Positions 38,577 through 49,854 of a stretch of 64,000 bases of DNA are shown here, piece by piece. How positions within the stretch are numbered: the first letter of the stretch is position 1; the number at the start of each line of letters is the position of its first letter. The stretch lies in the NCBI GenBank assembly GCA_007693555.1, contig REDJ01000242.1, forward strand, positions 15-64,014, read 5' to 3'. This stretch comes from Bacteroidota bacterium (lineage in GTDB: Bacteria; Bacteroidota; Bacteroidia; Bacteroidales; UBA7960). The position numbers and the translations under genes were made by a program. The notes below the pieces were generated by a model that was given only the letters and a program-made list of their open reading frames with translations, made no database searches and was not told the origin of the DNA.

Positions 38577-39572
38577 TTAAAAAGGTTTGAAACCAATAAT
38601 CTCCCTTACCTCTTTAACAGTTTTGGAAGCACTTTCACGGGCCTTTTCTGCACCCATCTTTGCCACTCTTGAGAGGTAGGCATTATCAGCACCTATTTCA
38701 ACGATTCTCTCACGCAGTGGAGAAGTAAAACCGATAATGTCTTCGGCAAGCTGTTTTTTCATGTCGCCATAACGAATCTCGCATTTATTGTAAAGCTCAT
38801 CAAAATGTTTAACAGTATCTTCTGACGAAACGACTTTCATAATATTAAAAAGGTTTTCTATGGGCTGTGGCTTTACCTGGTTCATTTCTACAGGACCAGA
38901 ATCAGTAACTGCACGCATTACCTTTTTCCTGATTACAGAGGGTTCATCAGCCAGATATATGGCATTGGCTTCACCCTCAGATTTGCCCATTTTTGTGCTT
39001 CCATCCAATCCGGGAATTTTCACCAAATCACTGCCGAAATTAAAAGCATACGGTTCAGGAAAATAATCTGCTTTATAAAGCCTGTTAAACCTGTTTCCAA
39101 AAGTACGTGCCATTTCAAGATGCTGTTCCTGATCCTTGCCAACCGGCACCTTGTTTGCCTTGTGGATAAGAATATCTGCAGCCATTAAAACCGGATATGT
39201 AAGCAGACCGGCATTGATGTTGTCGGGTTGTTTACGAGCTTTTTCCTTAAAGGTAGTACAGCGTTCCAGTTCTCCCATATAAGCATTCATTCCCAGCAAA
39301 AGGTATAACTCTGCTACTTCAGGCACATCACTTTGAATATAAAGTGTGGCAATTTCAGGGTCAATTCCGGCCGCAAGATACTCTACCAGCACCTGCTTTA
39401 CGTTCTGATGGAGGTCTGCAGGTGTAGGATGGGTTGTAAGCGAATGATAATCTGCAATAAAAAAGAAGCACCGATGCTCATGCTGCATTTTTATGAAATT
39501 TTTAATGGCACCAAAATAGTTTCCCAGGTGCAGGTTTCCGGTTGATCTTATACCACTAAGAACGGTTTCCAT
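38577..39572 (-). CDS. trpS: Tryptophan--tRNA ligase
   Basis: HIGH-type STGNLHLGNYFGA, KMSKS-type KMGKSEG, YPVLMAADIL. Confidence 0.92.
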   Translation of the reverse strand: METVLSGIRSTGNLHLGNYFGAIKNFIKMQHEHRCFFFIADYHSLTTHPTPADLHQNVKQVLVEYLAAGIDPEIATLYIQSDVPEVAELYLLLGMNAYMGELERCTTFKEKARKQPDNINAGLLTYPVLMAADILIHKANKVPVGKDQEQHLEMARTFGNRFNRLYKADYFPEPYAFNFGSDLVKIPGLDGSTKMGKSEGEANAIYLADEPSVIRKKVMRAVTDSGPVEMNQVKPQPIENLFNIMKVVSSEDTVKHFDELYNKCEIRYGDMKKQLAEDIIGFTSPLRERIVEIGADNAYLSRVAKMGAEKARESASKTVKEVREIIGFKPF

Positions 39573-39648
39573 GTATTCTATTCGAAAGTTTAATTAATTA
39601 ATTAGTATTATCATTTGTTAAAAAGGCAGGTTCAATTGATCCGCGGTT

Positions 39649-41397
39649 TTATTCAAGGTAAGTTTTTATGTCTTTGATGTTGAGTTGAAGGCTTCTTGTT
39701 CCGTTCCATTCATTTTCTTCAATCTGATATACAATATCAAAGTATTTACCCCAGTTTACCGCATCAAAATGTGAAGCCTGCTGAAAAGCTATGGCATTAA
39801 AACTGATACCGGGTTCATCCGGATGACTGATTACCAGCTTTAGATGCTTTTGCCCAACAATCCTTGCAGAGTTGCGGTCAACAACTCCCTTTGTAATAAA
39901 AACAGGACTCATATTTTCTGGCCCATGTGGGGCAAATTGTTTTAGTATTCTGAAAAACCTTGGGTTTATTTGCGAAAGATTCAGTTCTGCATCTATCTCA
40001 ATTTCCGGAACCAGCATATGGTCGGTAATTGTACTGGCAACTGTTTGTTCAAATGCATTTCGGAAACTATCAAGATTTTCAGGTTTAAGACTCAGTCCCG
40101 CCGCATATTTATGACCCCCAAAGTGGTCAAGATATTCACTACAGGCATCTATGGCATCATACACATCAAAATCTTTCACCGAACGGGCTGAACCTGTGAT
40201 TACACCATTAGACTCTGTTAATACTACAGTAGGCCTGTAGTAAGACTCTGTAAGCCTTGAGGCTACAATTCCTATAACACCTTTGTGCCATTCAGGATTG
40301 TACAAAACAGTGGATTTAGTTTTTTGAAGCTCAGGGTCTGAGTCAATCATTTCCAGCGCCTGTCGGGTGATTTCCGTATCAAGACTTCTACGCTCCGTAT
40401 TATTATTGTTTATATTCTGACTAAGCACATGGGTTTCGCCCATACGTTCGCAAAGCAGAAGCTCTACTGCTGCTTTACCGCTTTCAATACGGCCTGCGGC
40501 ATTGATTCGGGGTCCGATTAAAAACACAGCATCATTTATGGTAATTTCGCGGGTAAAAACTGTTTTATCACAGGCATAACTTTTCCGGATTATATTGCTG
40601 TAAAAAAGAATAGATTCAAACCCTGGCCGGGGATCAAAATTTAATCTTTGTAAACCAAAGTATGACAATATTCGGTTTTCACCGGTAATTGGCACAATAT
40701 CGGCAGCTATACTCACAGCTACCAGGTCAAGAAACTTTTCCAGATCCTGAAATGGCATTCTGTTTTTCTGGTAGTATGCCTGTGCTAACTTAAACCCAAT
40801 ACCGCAACCTGAAAGTTCTATGTACGGATAATTACAATCATCTCGTTTGGGATCCAAAACAGCAACGGCATCAGGCAAGGTATCTCCAGGGCGGTGGTGG
40901 TCGCAAATAATAAAATCTATTCCTTTTTCTTTGGCAAAACTTACCTGCCCCAAGGCTTTAATACCGCAATCAAGGGCAATAATAAGACTTACTCCTGTAT
41001 CGGCAGCATACTCAATTCCTTCTTTGGAAATTCCGTAACCCTCTTTGTATCTGTCAGGAATATAGTAATCAATGTTTTCATGAAAATCCCTTAGAAAAGC
41101 ATAGGCAAGTGCCACTGCAGTAGTACCATCAACATCATAATCACCATATACCATGATTCTTTCTTTATGAAGAACTGCCTTATCAATTCTCTGCACGGCA
41201 ATATCCATGTCCTTCATAAGAAAGGGATCGTGGAGGTTGTCAAGAGATGGGCGAAAAAAATCCTTGGCTTCTAAAAAGCTGATAACTCCGCGCTGGACCA
41301 ATAAACGTGAAAGCACTTTATCAATAGAAAGTGCTTCTGAAAGTTTATTTACAATTTCCTCACTGCCCTCGTCCTTTAATACCCATCTTTTTTCCAT
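39649..41397 (-). CDS. recJ: Single-stranded-DNA-specific exonuclease RecJ
   Basis: DHH motifs VYGDYDVDGTTA, IIALDCG and FIICDHHRP, plus a DHHA1 region GGHKYAAG. I moved the start to MEKRWVLKD, because the track start at 41436 adds 13 unlikely residues. Confidence 0.88.
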   Translation of the reverse strand: MEKRWVLKDEGSEEIVNKLSEALSIDKVLSRLLVQRGVISFLEAKDFFRPSLDNLHDPFLMKDMDIAVQRIDKAVLHKERIMVYGDYDVDGTTAVALAYAFLRDFHENIDYYIPDRYKEGYGISKEGIEYAADTGVSLIIALDCGIKALGQVSFAKEKGIDFIICDHHRPGDTLPDAVAVLDPKRDDCNYPYIELSGCGIGFKLAQAYYQKNRMPFQDLEKFLDLVAVSIAADIVPITGENRILSYFGLQRLNFDPRPGFESILFYSNIIRKSYACDKTVFTREITINDAVFLIGPRINAAGRIESGKAAVELLLCERMGETHVLSQNINNNNTERRSLDTEITRQALEMIDSDPELQKTKSTVLYNPEWHKGVIGIVASRLTESYYRPTVVLTESNGVITGSARSVKDFDVYDAIDACSEYLDHFGGHKYAAGLSLKPENLDSFRNAFEQTVASTITDHMLVPEIEIDAELNLSQINPRFFRILKQFAPHGPENMSPVFITKGVVDRNSARIVGQKHLKLVISHPDEPGISFNAIAFQQASHFDAVNWGKYFDIVYQIEENEWNGTRSLQLNIKDIKTYLE

Positions 41398-41513
41398 TAT
41401 TTTTTTGTTTTGGTAAAGATAATAATTCCATCCCATATAATTTGGGTATGAAATTGCCGGTCCTACCTAAACGGGTGAGATTTAGCTAACTAAAAAAAGA
41501 GAAAAAATTAGTA

Positions 41514-41750
41514 CTACTCGGTAAGTACAATAATAGTGTTATCTTTTACTTCAACGATACCAGAATTAACCTCAAGGTAAAATTTATTGCGTCCTTCATC
41601 AATCACTTTGATTTTACCTTTATCAATTCTTGCTATCATGGGAGCGTGATTATTCAAAATCTCAAAAGAACCCATGCTGCCTGGAAACTGGGCCAGCACA
41701 ACTTCCCCTTCGTAAATAAACTTTTCGGGCGATAAAACTTTCAGCAACAT
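41514..41750 (-). CDS. atpC: F0F1 ATP synthase epsilon subunit (short form, beta-sandwich domain only)
   Basis: 78 aa, starting 5 nt after atpD. Contains VLSPEKFIYEGEV..FEILNNHAPMIA. Confidence 0.8.
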   Translation of the reverse strand: MLLKVLSPEKFIYEGEVVLAQFPGSMGSFEILNNHAPMIARIDKGKIKVIDEGRNKFYLEVNSGIVEVKDNTIIVLTE

Positions 41751-41755
41751 AATAC

Positions 41756-43279
<1,524 letters not shown>

Positions 43280-43458
43280 TTATGAATAATACGGGCAATT
43301 ATAACACGCAACAATATTAATAAAATTTAAACACTCCGAACCTCGTAATTCACTTAAATTTAAAATTATCGAAATTTTATCAGAACATACTGATAAAATC
43401 GTATTGCTATCTTACATTCTTAGCCCAAAATAATGAGCCCGGATATTATGTAAAATAT

Positions 43459-43466
43459 TAGTTTTG
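43459..43466 (+). promoter_or_regulatory. Candidate -7 promoter box (TAgtTTTG) for the ribF-like operon
   Basis: tagttttg, 42 nt upstream of the TTG start at 43508. Confidence 0.4.
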
Positions 43467-43507
43467 CAAAATACCAGGCTTAATTTTTTGCTAAAAACTA
43501 AACTGCA

Positions 43508-44341
43508 TTGAGGATTTTTCAAAACTTTGAACAGGTCAATACAAAAGACTATTCCAGAATAGTAGCTGGAGCCTATTTTCAATTGCAGAAAAACTGTTTG
43601 ATGCGTATAAGGGAAATCCTCAGTTCATCTGAAAAAGAGACATGGCTTTTGGTTGATGTGGAACATGAAAATTCTGCTTCAGACCTCAATGTGATTTTAT
43701 CGAAAAATGAGCGTATAAAGTTATTTGAACAGTTAGGCGTTGACTCATATTTATCCATTTCAACAGAAAAATTCTTTGATGTTTTAAAACCCACCGGGCA
43801 ATTTCATATGAAAGTTAATCTATTGTGCGGATTGACTGAAACTGGATTAAACCCAAAATCCGGCAGAGAGTTCTTATGTGCATTAAGTAATAAAACTCGT
43901 TATTTTAACTGGCATAAGTATCTGGGATTTCTTTACCCTTTAACCGGTGAGGTTGTTTATGGGAATAAAATCGGGCGAACATTGGGGTATCCCACAGCCA
44001 ATGTGCGTCCTGATGATTCGGGAAAAATTATTCCTCCCATAGGTGTCTATGCCGGTTGGGTCAGGCACAATAACATATGGTATAAATCCATGATTAACAT
44101 AGGTATACGCCCTACCCTGGATTTGGAAAACGTAACCATTGAAGCACATATCTTTGATTTTTCGGAGGATATTTATGGTGAGGAAATTTCTATTCATTTT
44201 CAATCTCGTATCCGCGACGAAATGCGTTTTTCTTCCCTGGAAGTATTAAAAGACCAATTGCATACCGACCAGAAAGTCGCTCTTCAGTTATTGAATAATA
44301 AATCATTATTTCATCAAAAAGATAACTTTATCTTTCTCTGA
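43508..44341 (+). CDS. ribF: RibF homolog: intact riboflavin kinase C-domain, degenerate FMN adenylyltransferase N-domain
   Basis: The C-domain has GNKIGRTLGYPTANV, GVYAGWV, INIGIRPT, EAHIFDFSEDIYGEEI and RDEMRFSSLEVLKDQL. The N-domain aligns by eye (KLFEQLGVDSYL) but lacks GxFDGxHxGH (reads AGAYFQLQKN), TFxPHP (reads VDVEHEN) and VGxDFxFG. Confidence 0.7.
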   Translation: MRIFQNFEQVNTKDYSRIVAGAYFQLQKNCLMRIREILSSSEKETWLLVDVEHENSASDLNVILSKNERIKLFEQLGVDSYLSISTEKFFDVLKPTGQFHMKVNLLCGLTETGLNPKSGREFLCALSNKTRYFNWHKYLGFLYPLTGEVVYGNKIGRTLGYPTANVRPDDSGKIIPPIGVYAGWVRHNNIWYKSMINIGIRPTLDLENVTIEAHIFDFSEDIYGEEISIHFQSRIRDEMRFSSLEVLKDQLHTDQKVALQLLNNKSLFHQKDNFIFL

Positions 44342-44373
44342 TAATCAATCAAATTTATTCCTATTTTTATTGT

Positions 44374-45480
44374 ATGGGAAATACGTTCAGAAATACTTTG
44401 ATTATCCTTTTCCTGATAATTTCAGGGCTTTTCATCTGGTATTTTTTCCGTATATTTCTCTATATCATTATTTCAGTCGTATTATCACTACTTGGTCAGC
44501 CCATAGCAGATTTTCTGCATCGTATGCACTGGGGTAAAATCAAACTGCCCATGGGTGTTTGTGCATTTATTACTCTTTTACTGATGATTGGTGTTTTTTT
44601 GGGAGTAGTTTCGTTCTTTCTCCCATTGCTGGCATCACAGGCCGCATTTGTTTCAGAGCTGGATGTGGTTGGAATTACCAGGAGCCTTGAAGAGCCTTTG
44701 ATGCAACTGGAAGCTTCTTTACGCGAATGGACATTGCTGGCTCCTGAAGAAACAATTGCAAGCAAAATAGTGTCGGAATTGGTTGCCATTGCAACATTTG
44801 ACAGGTTCTCAAGCATTTTCAATTCACTTATCAACTTTACTGTCGAGGTGTTCTTCGGTTTTCTGGCCATAAGCTTTATTACTTTCTTCTTTTTAAAAGA
44901 AAAGCATTTATTTTCCAGTATCATTGTTTTTTTTACTCCTAATCCTCATAAAGAAGAAGCACGTGAAATCCTTGATGATAGTAAAGTATTGCTCAGACGA
45001 TATTTTGCAGGTCTTATTACGGATTTAACAGCCGTGTTTATCCTCATCAGTTTTGCCATGTGGATTATCGGCTTACCCAATGCCTTGGTTATCGGGTTCT
45101 TTGCAGGGATTTTAAATGTAATCCCTTATGTTGGTCCTATCATTGCAACTTTCATTGGGGTCTTTCTTGGTATTTCTGTAAATCTGCACATGGAGTTTTA
45201 TTCAGAAATGGTTCCACTTATGCTGAGTATTGTGGCTTCATTTATTATAGTAAATACAATTGATGTGGGTGTTTTGCAACCCATGATTTATTCAAAAAGT
45301 GTTAGAGCACATCCGCTTGAAATCTTTATCGTTTTTATGGTTGCCGGAATGCTTGCAGGAGTTTTCGGAATGATTATCGCCATACCCACTTACAGCGTTA
45401 TCCGAATTCTTGTAAAACAGTTTTCTACAAAATCACGCATGGTGCAAAGTCTCCGCAATGAGTTCAATAAATCCGGTTGA
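44374..45480 (+). CDS. AI-2E family transporter (PerM/UPF0118)
   Basis: Eight-TM-type profile with ILNVIPYVGPIIA and VRAHPLEIFIVFMVAG. It starts 32 nt after ribF. Confidence 0.75.
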   Translation: MGNTFRNTLIILFLIISGLFIWYFFRIFLYIIISVVLSLLGQPIADFLHRMHWGKIKLPMGVCAFITLLLMIGVFLGVVSFFLPLLASQAAFVSELDVVGITRSLEEPLMQLEASLREWTLLAPEETIASKIVSELVAIATFDRFSSIFNSLINFTVEVFFGFLAISFITFFFLKEKHLFSSIIVFFTPNPHKEEAREILDDSKVLLRRYFAGLITDLTAVFILISFAMWIIGLPNALVIGFFAGILNVIPYVGPIIATFIGVFLGISVNLHMEFYSEMVPLMLSIVASFIIVNTIDVGVLQPMIYSKSVRAHPLEIFIVFMVAGMLAGVFGMIIAIPTYSVIRILVKQFSTKSRMVQSLRNEFNKSG

Positions 45481-45510
45481 CCATTCCTCTGTTTTAATGA
45501 ATAAAAAGCA

Positions 45511-46524
45511 ATGATTTTTGATTACAGGGCATATATCTATGACAAATTTCGATTATTGGGAAAACTCAATTTTTACCGTTTAGTAAACTACATAGGCATA
45601 CATATCTCCTTTAACCTTTCAAGGATATTGAAAAAACCTCTTTTGTGGTCATCCCCTTTTGCTTTAAACTTTGAAACATCTTCTGTATGTAATTTGCGCT
45701 GTCCTGAATGTATGACAGGAATGAATAAGACAATCAGGCAACGAAAACTTATTGATAGCAGTTTATTGAAGGATAAACTGAATATTCATAAGAAACATGC
45801 TTTTTACTGCAATCTTTATTTTCAGGGCGAACCCTTTTTGCATCCGGAAATATATGAAATGATTAAAATGACTAATAACACCGGGCTTTATACTGTTATT
45901 TCCACCAACGGACATTTTCTGAATAAAACCAACTGTTTGAAAATCATAGAAAGTGGGTTAGACAGGTTGATTATTTCTCTGGATGGTATAGACGCAAATA
46001 CATACAATCACTACCGTATCAATGGCGTCTTTGACAAAGTTGTGGAAGGTATCAGGATTATGGCAAAAAGCAAAAAAAAGGTGGGAAAAAATAATCCTCT
46101 GTTGGTCGTGCAAATGCTGGTAAATAAAACAAATGAGAACCAGACTGAAGCAACAAAAAAATTTGTTAAACAACTTGGGGCCGATATACTGGAATTTAAG
46201 AGCATGCAAATCTATTCTGAGACAGGAAAAGAAGAGTTTCTTCCCTCATCCGGAAAATATAATCGATACCAAAACAGACAGGATCAATCACTTGAGCTGA
46301 AAAACAATCATGGAGCCTGTTTCCGATTGTGGAGCCATGCCGTATATACCAGCGATGGTATAATGGTACCCTGTTGCTATGATAAAAAACCTGAATATGG
46401 GGTAAATGGCAAAGAGGAATATAGTGGCAATAATTTATGGAAATCAAAAAGCATGCAGGCCTTCAGGTGCAGGCAATTAAAAAAAGCGAGCAGACCAGAA
46501 ATTTGTTATAATTGCAAGCAATAA
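45511..46524 (+). CDS. Radical SAM protein with a Cys-rich SPASM/twitch-like C-terminal region
   Basis: ETSSVCNLRCPECMTG (CxxxCxxC) and a GEPFLHPE glycine-rich SAM motif. C-terminal cysteines are in ACFRLW..VPCCYD..FRCRQ..ICYNC. It starts 30 nt after the transporter gene. Confidence 0.75.
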   Translation: MIFDYRAYIYDKFRLLGKLNFYRLVNYIGIHISFNLSRILKKPLLWSSPFALNFETSSVCNLRCPECMTGMNKTIRQRKLIDSSLLKDKLNIHKKHAFYCNLYFQGEPFLHPEIYEMIKMTNNTGLYTVISTNGHFLNKTNCLKIIESGLDRLIISLDGIDANTYNHYRINGVFDKVVEGIRIMAKSKKKVGKNNPLLVVQMLVNKTNENQTEATKKFVKQLGADILEFKSMQIYSETGKEEFLPSSGKYNRYQNRQDQSLELKNNHGACFRLWSHAVYTSDGIMVPCCYDKKPEYGVNGKEEYSGNNLWKSKSMQAFRCRQLKKASRPEICYNCKQ

Positions 46525-46553
46525 AAAAACCGGCGCCCGGCCGGTTTCTTTCT
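46523..46553. terminator. Bidirectional rho-independent terminator between convergent genes
   Basis: Stem aaccggc / gccggtt (46528-46534 / 46540-46546) with loop gcccg. It is flanked by A7 upstream (T7 on the minus strand, serving frr) and by tttctttc downstream. Confidence 0.7.
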
Positions 46554-47115
46554 AAATAGTCATTATATCTTTTTCTTTGGCTTCAACCAACATATCAACT
46601 TTTTGAATAAATTCATTGGTGAGGTCCTGAATGTCATTTTCCAGTCTTTTTACTTCATCTTCCGGTGTTCCTTCTTTTTCAAGTTTTTTCCCCGAGTCAA
46701 TAGCCTCCCTGCGTGCATTGCGTATACTTACCTTGCAATTTTCGGCTTCAGCTTTGGCTTTCTTAACCAAATCCCTTCGTCTTTCCTCGGTAAGCGGCGG
46801 AACGATTACCCGGATTATTGTTCCGTCATTTTGCGGGTTAAACCCCAGGTTTGCTGCCTGGATTGCTTTTTCAATGGGGCCAAGCATTGTTTTTTCCCAG
46901 GGCTGCACTACGATAGATTTTGGATCGGGTGTGTTGATATTGGAAACCTGGTTTAATGGAGTCATGGTGCCGTAATAGTCAACCTTAACACTATCCAGCA
47001 TTTGAGGATTGGCTTTACCGGCTCTGATTTTTACCAGTTCGCGCTCAAGATGTTTGATGGCATTTGCCATTTTCTCTTCAGCTTCGTCATATAAAAAGAC
47101 AGTTTCTTCGCTCAT
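46552..47115 (-). CDS. frr: Ribosome recycling factor
   Basis: 187 aa. Contains LERELVKIRAGKANPQMLDSVKVDYYG and LTEERRRDLVKKAK. Confidence 0.93.
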   Translation of the reverse strand: MSEETVFLYDEAEEKMANAIKHLERELVKIRAGKANPQMLDSVKVDYYGTMTPLNQVSNINTPDPKSIVVQPWEKTMLGPIEKAIQAANLGFNPQNDGTIIRVIVPPLTEERRRDLVKKAKAEAENCKVSIRNARREAIDSGKKLEKEGTPEDEVKRLENDIQDLTNEFIQKVDMLVEAKEKDIMTI

Positions 47116-47190
47116 AGCAATGTTACTTTCTGGTTAGAATGGTTCAATACAGATACAAAAATAATCTTTTTGCGAAAATATAAGTTTATA

Positions 47191-47907
47191 TCATGAATTT
47201 TTCACAATCGTTCCGTTAGGCTTTCCTTCGATAATTATTTCCTTGAGGTTGCCGTCTTTATTAATATCAAAGACAATGATGGGAATATTGTTTTCCATGC
47301 ATAAAGTAAAGGCTGTTAAATCCATAATCTTCAGATTTTTTTCATATGCCATATCAAAAGTTATTTCTGAAAATTTTGTAGCCGTGGGATCCTTTTCCGG
47401 GTCAGCCGTATAAACCCCGTCAACCCGTGTTCCTTTTAACAGCACATCGGCTTTTATTTCCACAGCTCTGAGTGCCGCAGCTGAATCAGTTGTAAAAAAT
47501 GGGTTGCCTGTTCCACCGCTTATTATTACCACATAACCTTTTTCAAGATATTCTATAGCTCTATGTCTGCTTACTCGTTCACATAAGGGATCAATGGCAA
47601 TTCCTGATAACACTGCAGATTTAATGCCTGCATTTTCCAAAGCAGATTGCAAAGCCAGGGAGTTTATTACAGTTGCCAGCATGCCCATATAATCACCCTG
47701 TACCCTGTCAAACCCTTTTTGGCTTCCCGAAACACCCCGAAAAATATTGCCACCTCCTAAAACCACACCTACCTGCACCCCTTTGCTATGTACCGAATTT
47801 ATTTCCGAAACATAGCGTTCAAGCACTCCTGCATCTATACCATGCCCGGTGCCGGCCGAAAGAGATTCGCCACTTAGCTTCAACAAAATTCTCTTATATA
47901 ATCCCAT
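47191..47907 (-). CDS. pyrH: UMP kinase
   Basis: YKRILLKLSGE, VVLGGGNIFRG and ISGGTGNPFFTTDSAAALRA. The start is set at MGLYKRILL, because the track start at 47970 adds a basic 21 aa extension that is unlikely to be real. Confidence 0.9.
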   Translation of the reverse strand: MGLYKRILLKLSGESLSAGTGHGIDAGVLERYVSEINSVHSKGVQVGVVLGGGNIFRGVSGSQKGFDRVQGDYMGMLATVINSLALQSALENAGIKSAVLSGIAIDPLCERVSRHRAIEYLEKGYVVIISGGTGNPFFTTDSAAALRAVEIKADVLLKGTRVDGVYTADPEKDPTATKFSEITFDMAYEKNLKIMDLTAFTLCMENNIPIIVFDINKDGNLKEIIIEGKPNGTIVKNS

Positions 47908-47994
47908 AACAAATAGTTTAAAATTTTTTTTATGTGCAAGTTTACATTTTTTTTTGCATACAACTTTCAAAAAACCGCATCTAAGTTAAACAAT

Positions 47995-48016
47995 AAAAAA
48001 GGGGCTTTGAAGCCCC
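47995..48016 (-). terminator. Rho-independent terminator after tsf
   Basis: Stem ggggct / agcccc with loop ttga. On the minus strand it is followed by T6 (47995-48000). It sits 25 nt past the tsf stop. Confidence 0.7.
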
Positions 48017-48040
48017 TTTAATGTAAATGTTTTTATGATA

Positions 48041-48874
48041 TTACGCCAGAGCGTATCTTTTGAAATCAACAACTGTAAGATCTTTATCATAATCCTTTAG
48101 CATTTGCTGCACAGTTTTCTTGCTATCCTTTATGAAATCCTGGTTAAGCAAAGTGCTTTCCTTGTAAAACTTGTTTAACTTACCTGTTGCGATTTTTTCA
48201 AGCATAGCTTCGGGTTTGCCTTCCTGGCGGGCTTGATCCATCCCAATTTCCAATTCTCTCTTCTTTACATCTTCCGGAACATTGTTTGCATCCAAAGCCA
48301 CAGGAGACATGGCTGCAATTTGCATAACAACATCTTTTCCTGCAGATTCAATTTCTGCAACATCTTTTTTGTTCAGAACCGCAATGGAGGCCACACGGTT
48401 GCCGGGGTGTATGTATGCAAAAGCCATTTCTCCGGAAATTACTTCAAACCCTGAAAGGTCAAGTTTTTCTCCGGTTTTACCAATCATATCGGTAATGTGC
48501 TCCTGTACGGTTCTGCCTTCCATTTCAGCAGCAGCTAATTCTTCTGTGCTTTTACAACCTTTACTATGTCCTAATTCAAGAATTTTTGCTGTAAAATCTA
48601 TCATCTCCCGATTTTTGCCAACAAAGTCAGTTTCACAGTTTAGCATGATGATGGCAGCAGATTTTTTGTCGTCGGAAACTTTTGCCAGTACAACGCCTTC
48701 GTTTGCAGCACGATCAGCACGACTTCCGGCAACTTTTTGTCCTTTTTTACGGAGAATATCAATTGCTTTTTCAAAATCACCTTCAGCTTCAACCAGTGCC
48801 TTTTTGCAGTCCATCATGCCTGCACCGGTTTGTTTACGCAACTTATTTACATCAGCAGCAGTTATATTTGCCAT
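48041..48874 (-). CDS. tsf: Translation elongation factor Ts
   Basis: ITAADVNKLRKQTGAGMMDCKKALVEAEGDFEKAIDILRKKG. Confidence 0.95.
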   Translation of the reverse strand: MANITAADVNKLRKQTGAGMMDCKKALVEAEGDFEKAIDILRKKGQKVAGSRADRAANEGVVLAKVSDDKKSAAIIMLNCETDFVGKNREMIDFTAKILELGHSKGCKSTEELAAAEMEGRTVQEHITDMIGKTGEKLDLSGFEVISGEMAFAYIHPGNRVASIAVLNKKDVAEIESAGKDVVMQIAAMSPVALDANNVPEDVKKRELEIGMDQARQEGKPEAMLEKIATGKLNKFYKESTLLNQDFIKDSKKTVQQMLKDYDKDLTVVDFKRYALA

Positions 48875-48907
48875 AATGATTTATATGTTTTAATTATGAA
48901 TAAAGTT

Positions 48908-49825
48908 TTATTTTCTGGGTCTTTTGCCTGCAACGCCTTTGGGAGCTTTTGATGTTTTTTTCTGCGGTCCATCCTCATCTTCATCTTCCTTTGGCTTAAG
49001 CTTCCTGGCTTTGTTCTTTGCTTCCTCATCTTCATCTTCATCAATTTCCTCAACTTCTTCCAGGGATTTTGCCTTAACTTCCAGTTCGTCAACATCAACT
49101 TCTCTTTCTTCTTCTTCAGCGGCTTTGTCTTTTTCAAGCTTTCTTTCTGCCAGTCCCTCTTCAATGGCTTCTACCATGGTTTTTAAGATAACGGAAATAG
49201 ACTTGGAAGCATCGTCATTTGCGGGAATCGGAAAATCAACCAGATTGGGGTCTGAGTTTGTGTCCACTATGGCAAAGGTTGGAATATTTAATTTTGCAGC
49301 CTCTGCAACAGCAATATGTTCTTTCATAATATCCACAATGAATACGGCAGCGGGCAGCCTTGTAAGGTCTGCAATTGAACCGAACTGTTTTTCCAGTTTA
49401 GCTCTTTCGCGGGTAATTTGCAGTCTTTCTTTTTTTGAGATATTGTTAAAAGTACCATCTATAGCCATTTTATCAATAGAACTCATTTTTTTTACCGCTT
49501 TGCGGATAGTTGCAAAATTTGTAAGCATACCACCAGGCCATCTTTCTGTTACATAAGGCATGTTAATTTGCTTTACGTGTTGCGCCACAACATCTTTTGC
49601 CTGTTTTTTGGTTGCAACAAAAAGTATTTTCTTGCCAGATTTTGCAATTTGCTTCATTGCGGCAGCTGCCTCATCTATCTTGGCAATGGTTTTATTCAAA
49701 TCGATGATATGAATACCATTTCTTTCCATAAAGATATAGGGAGACATATTGGGATTCCATTTCCTTTTGAGGTGTCCGAAATGTACACCGGCATCTAACA
49801 GTTCATTATAATTCGTTCTTGCCAT
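48908..49825 (-). CDS. rpsB: 30S ribosomal protein S2 with a ~75 aa acidic/basic C-terminal tail
   Basis: LLDAGVHFGHLKRKWNPNMSPYIF and FIVDIMKEHIAVAEAAKLNIPTFAIVDTN. The tail reads EEEEREVDVDELEV..EEIDEDEDEEAKNKARKLKPKEDEDEDG..KRPRK. Confidence 0.93.
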   Translation of the reverse strand: MARTNYNELLDAGVHFGHLKRKWNPNMSPYIFMERNGIHIIDLNKTIAKIDEAAAAMKQIAKSGKKILFVATKKQAKDVVAQHVKQINMPYVTERWPGGMLTNFATIRKAVKKMSSIDKMAIDGTFNNISKKERLQITRERAKLEKQFGSIADLTRLPAAVFIVDIMKEHIAVAEAAKLNIPTFAIVDTNSDPNLVDFPIPANDDASKSISVILKTMVEAIEEGLAERKLEKDKAAEEEEREVDVDELEVKAKSLEEVEEIDEDEDEEAKNKARKLKPKEDEDEDGPQKKTSKAPKGVAGKRPRK

Positions 49826-49854
49826 GCTAAAAATAAATTTTCAAAAAATTGAAA

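Noticed and set aside
48282-49556. 203 aa and 210 aa plus-strand ORFs, and a 100 aa Lys-rich minus-strand ORF, overlapping tsf and rpsB
   Set aside because: They are antisense or frame-shifted readings of highly conserved tsf and rpsB. The poly-Ser and poly-Lys composition derives from the GAA/GAT-rich acidic tail of S2.
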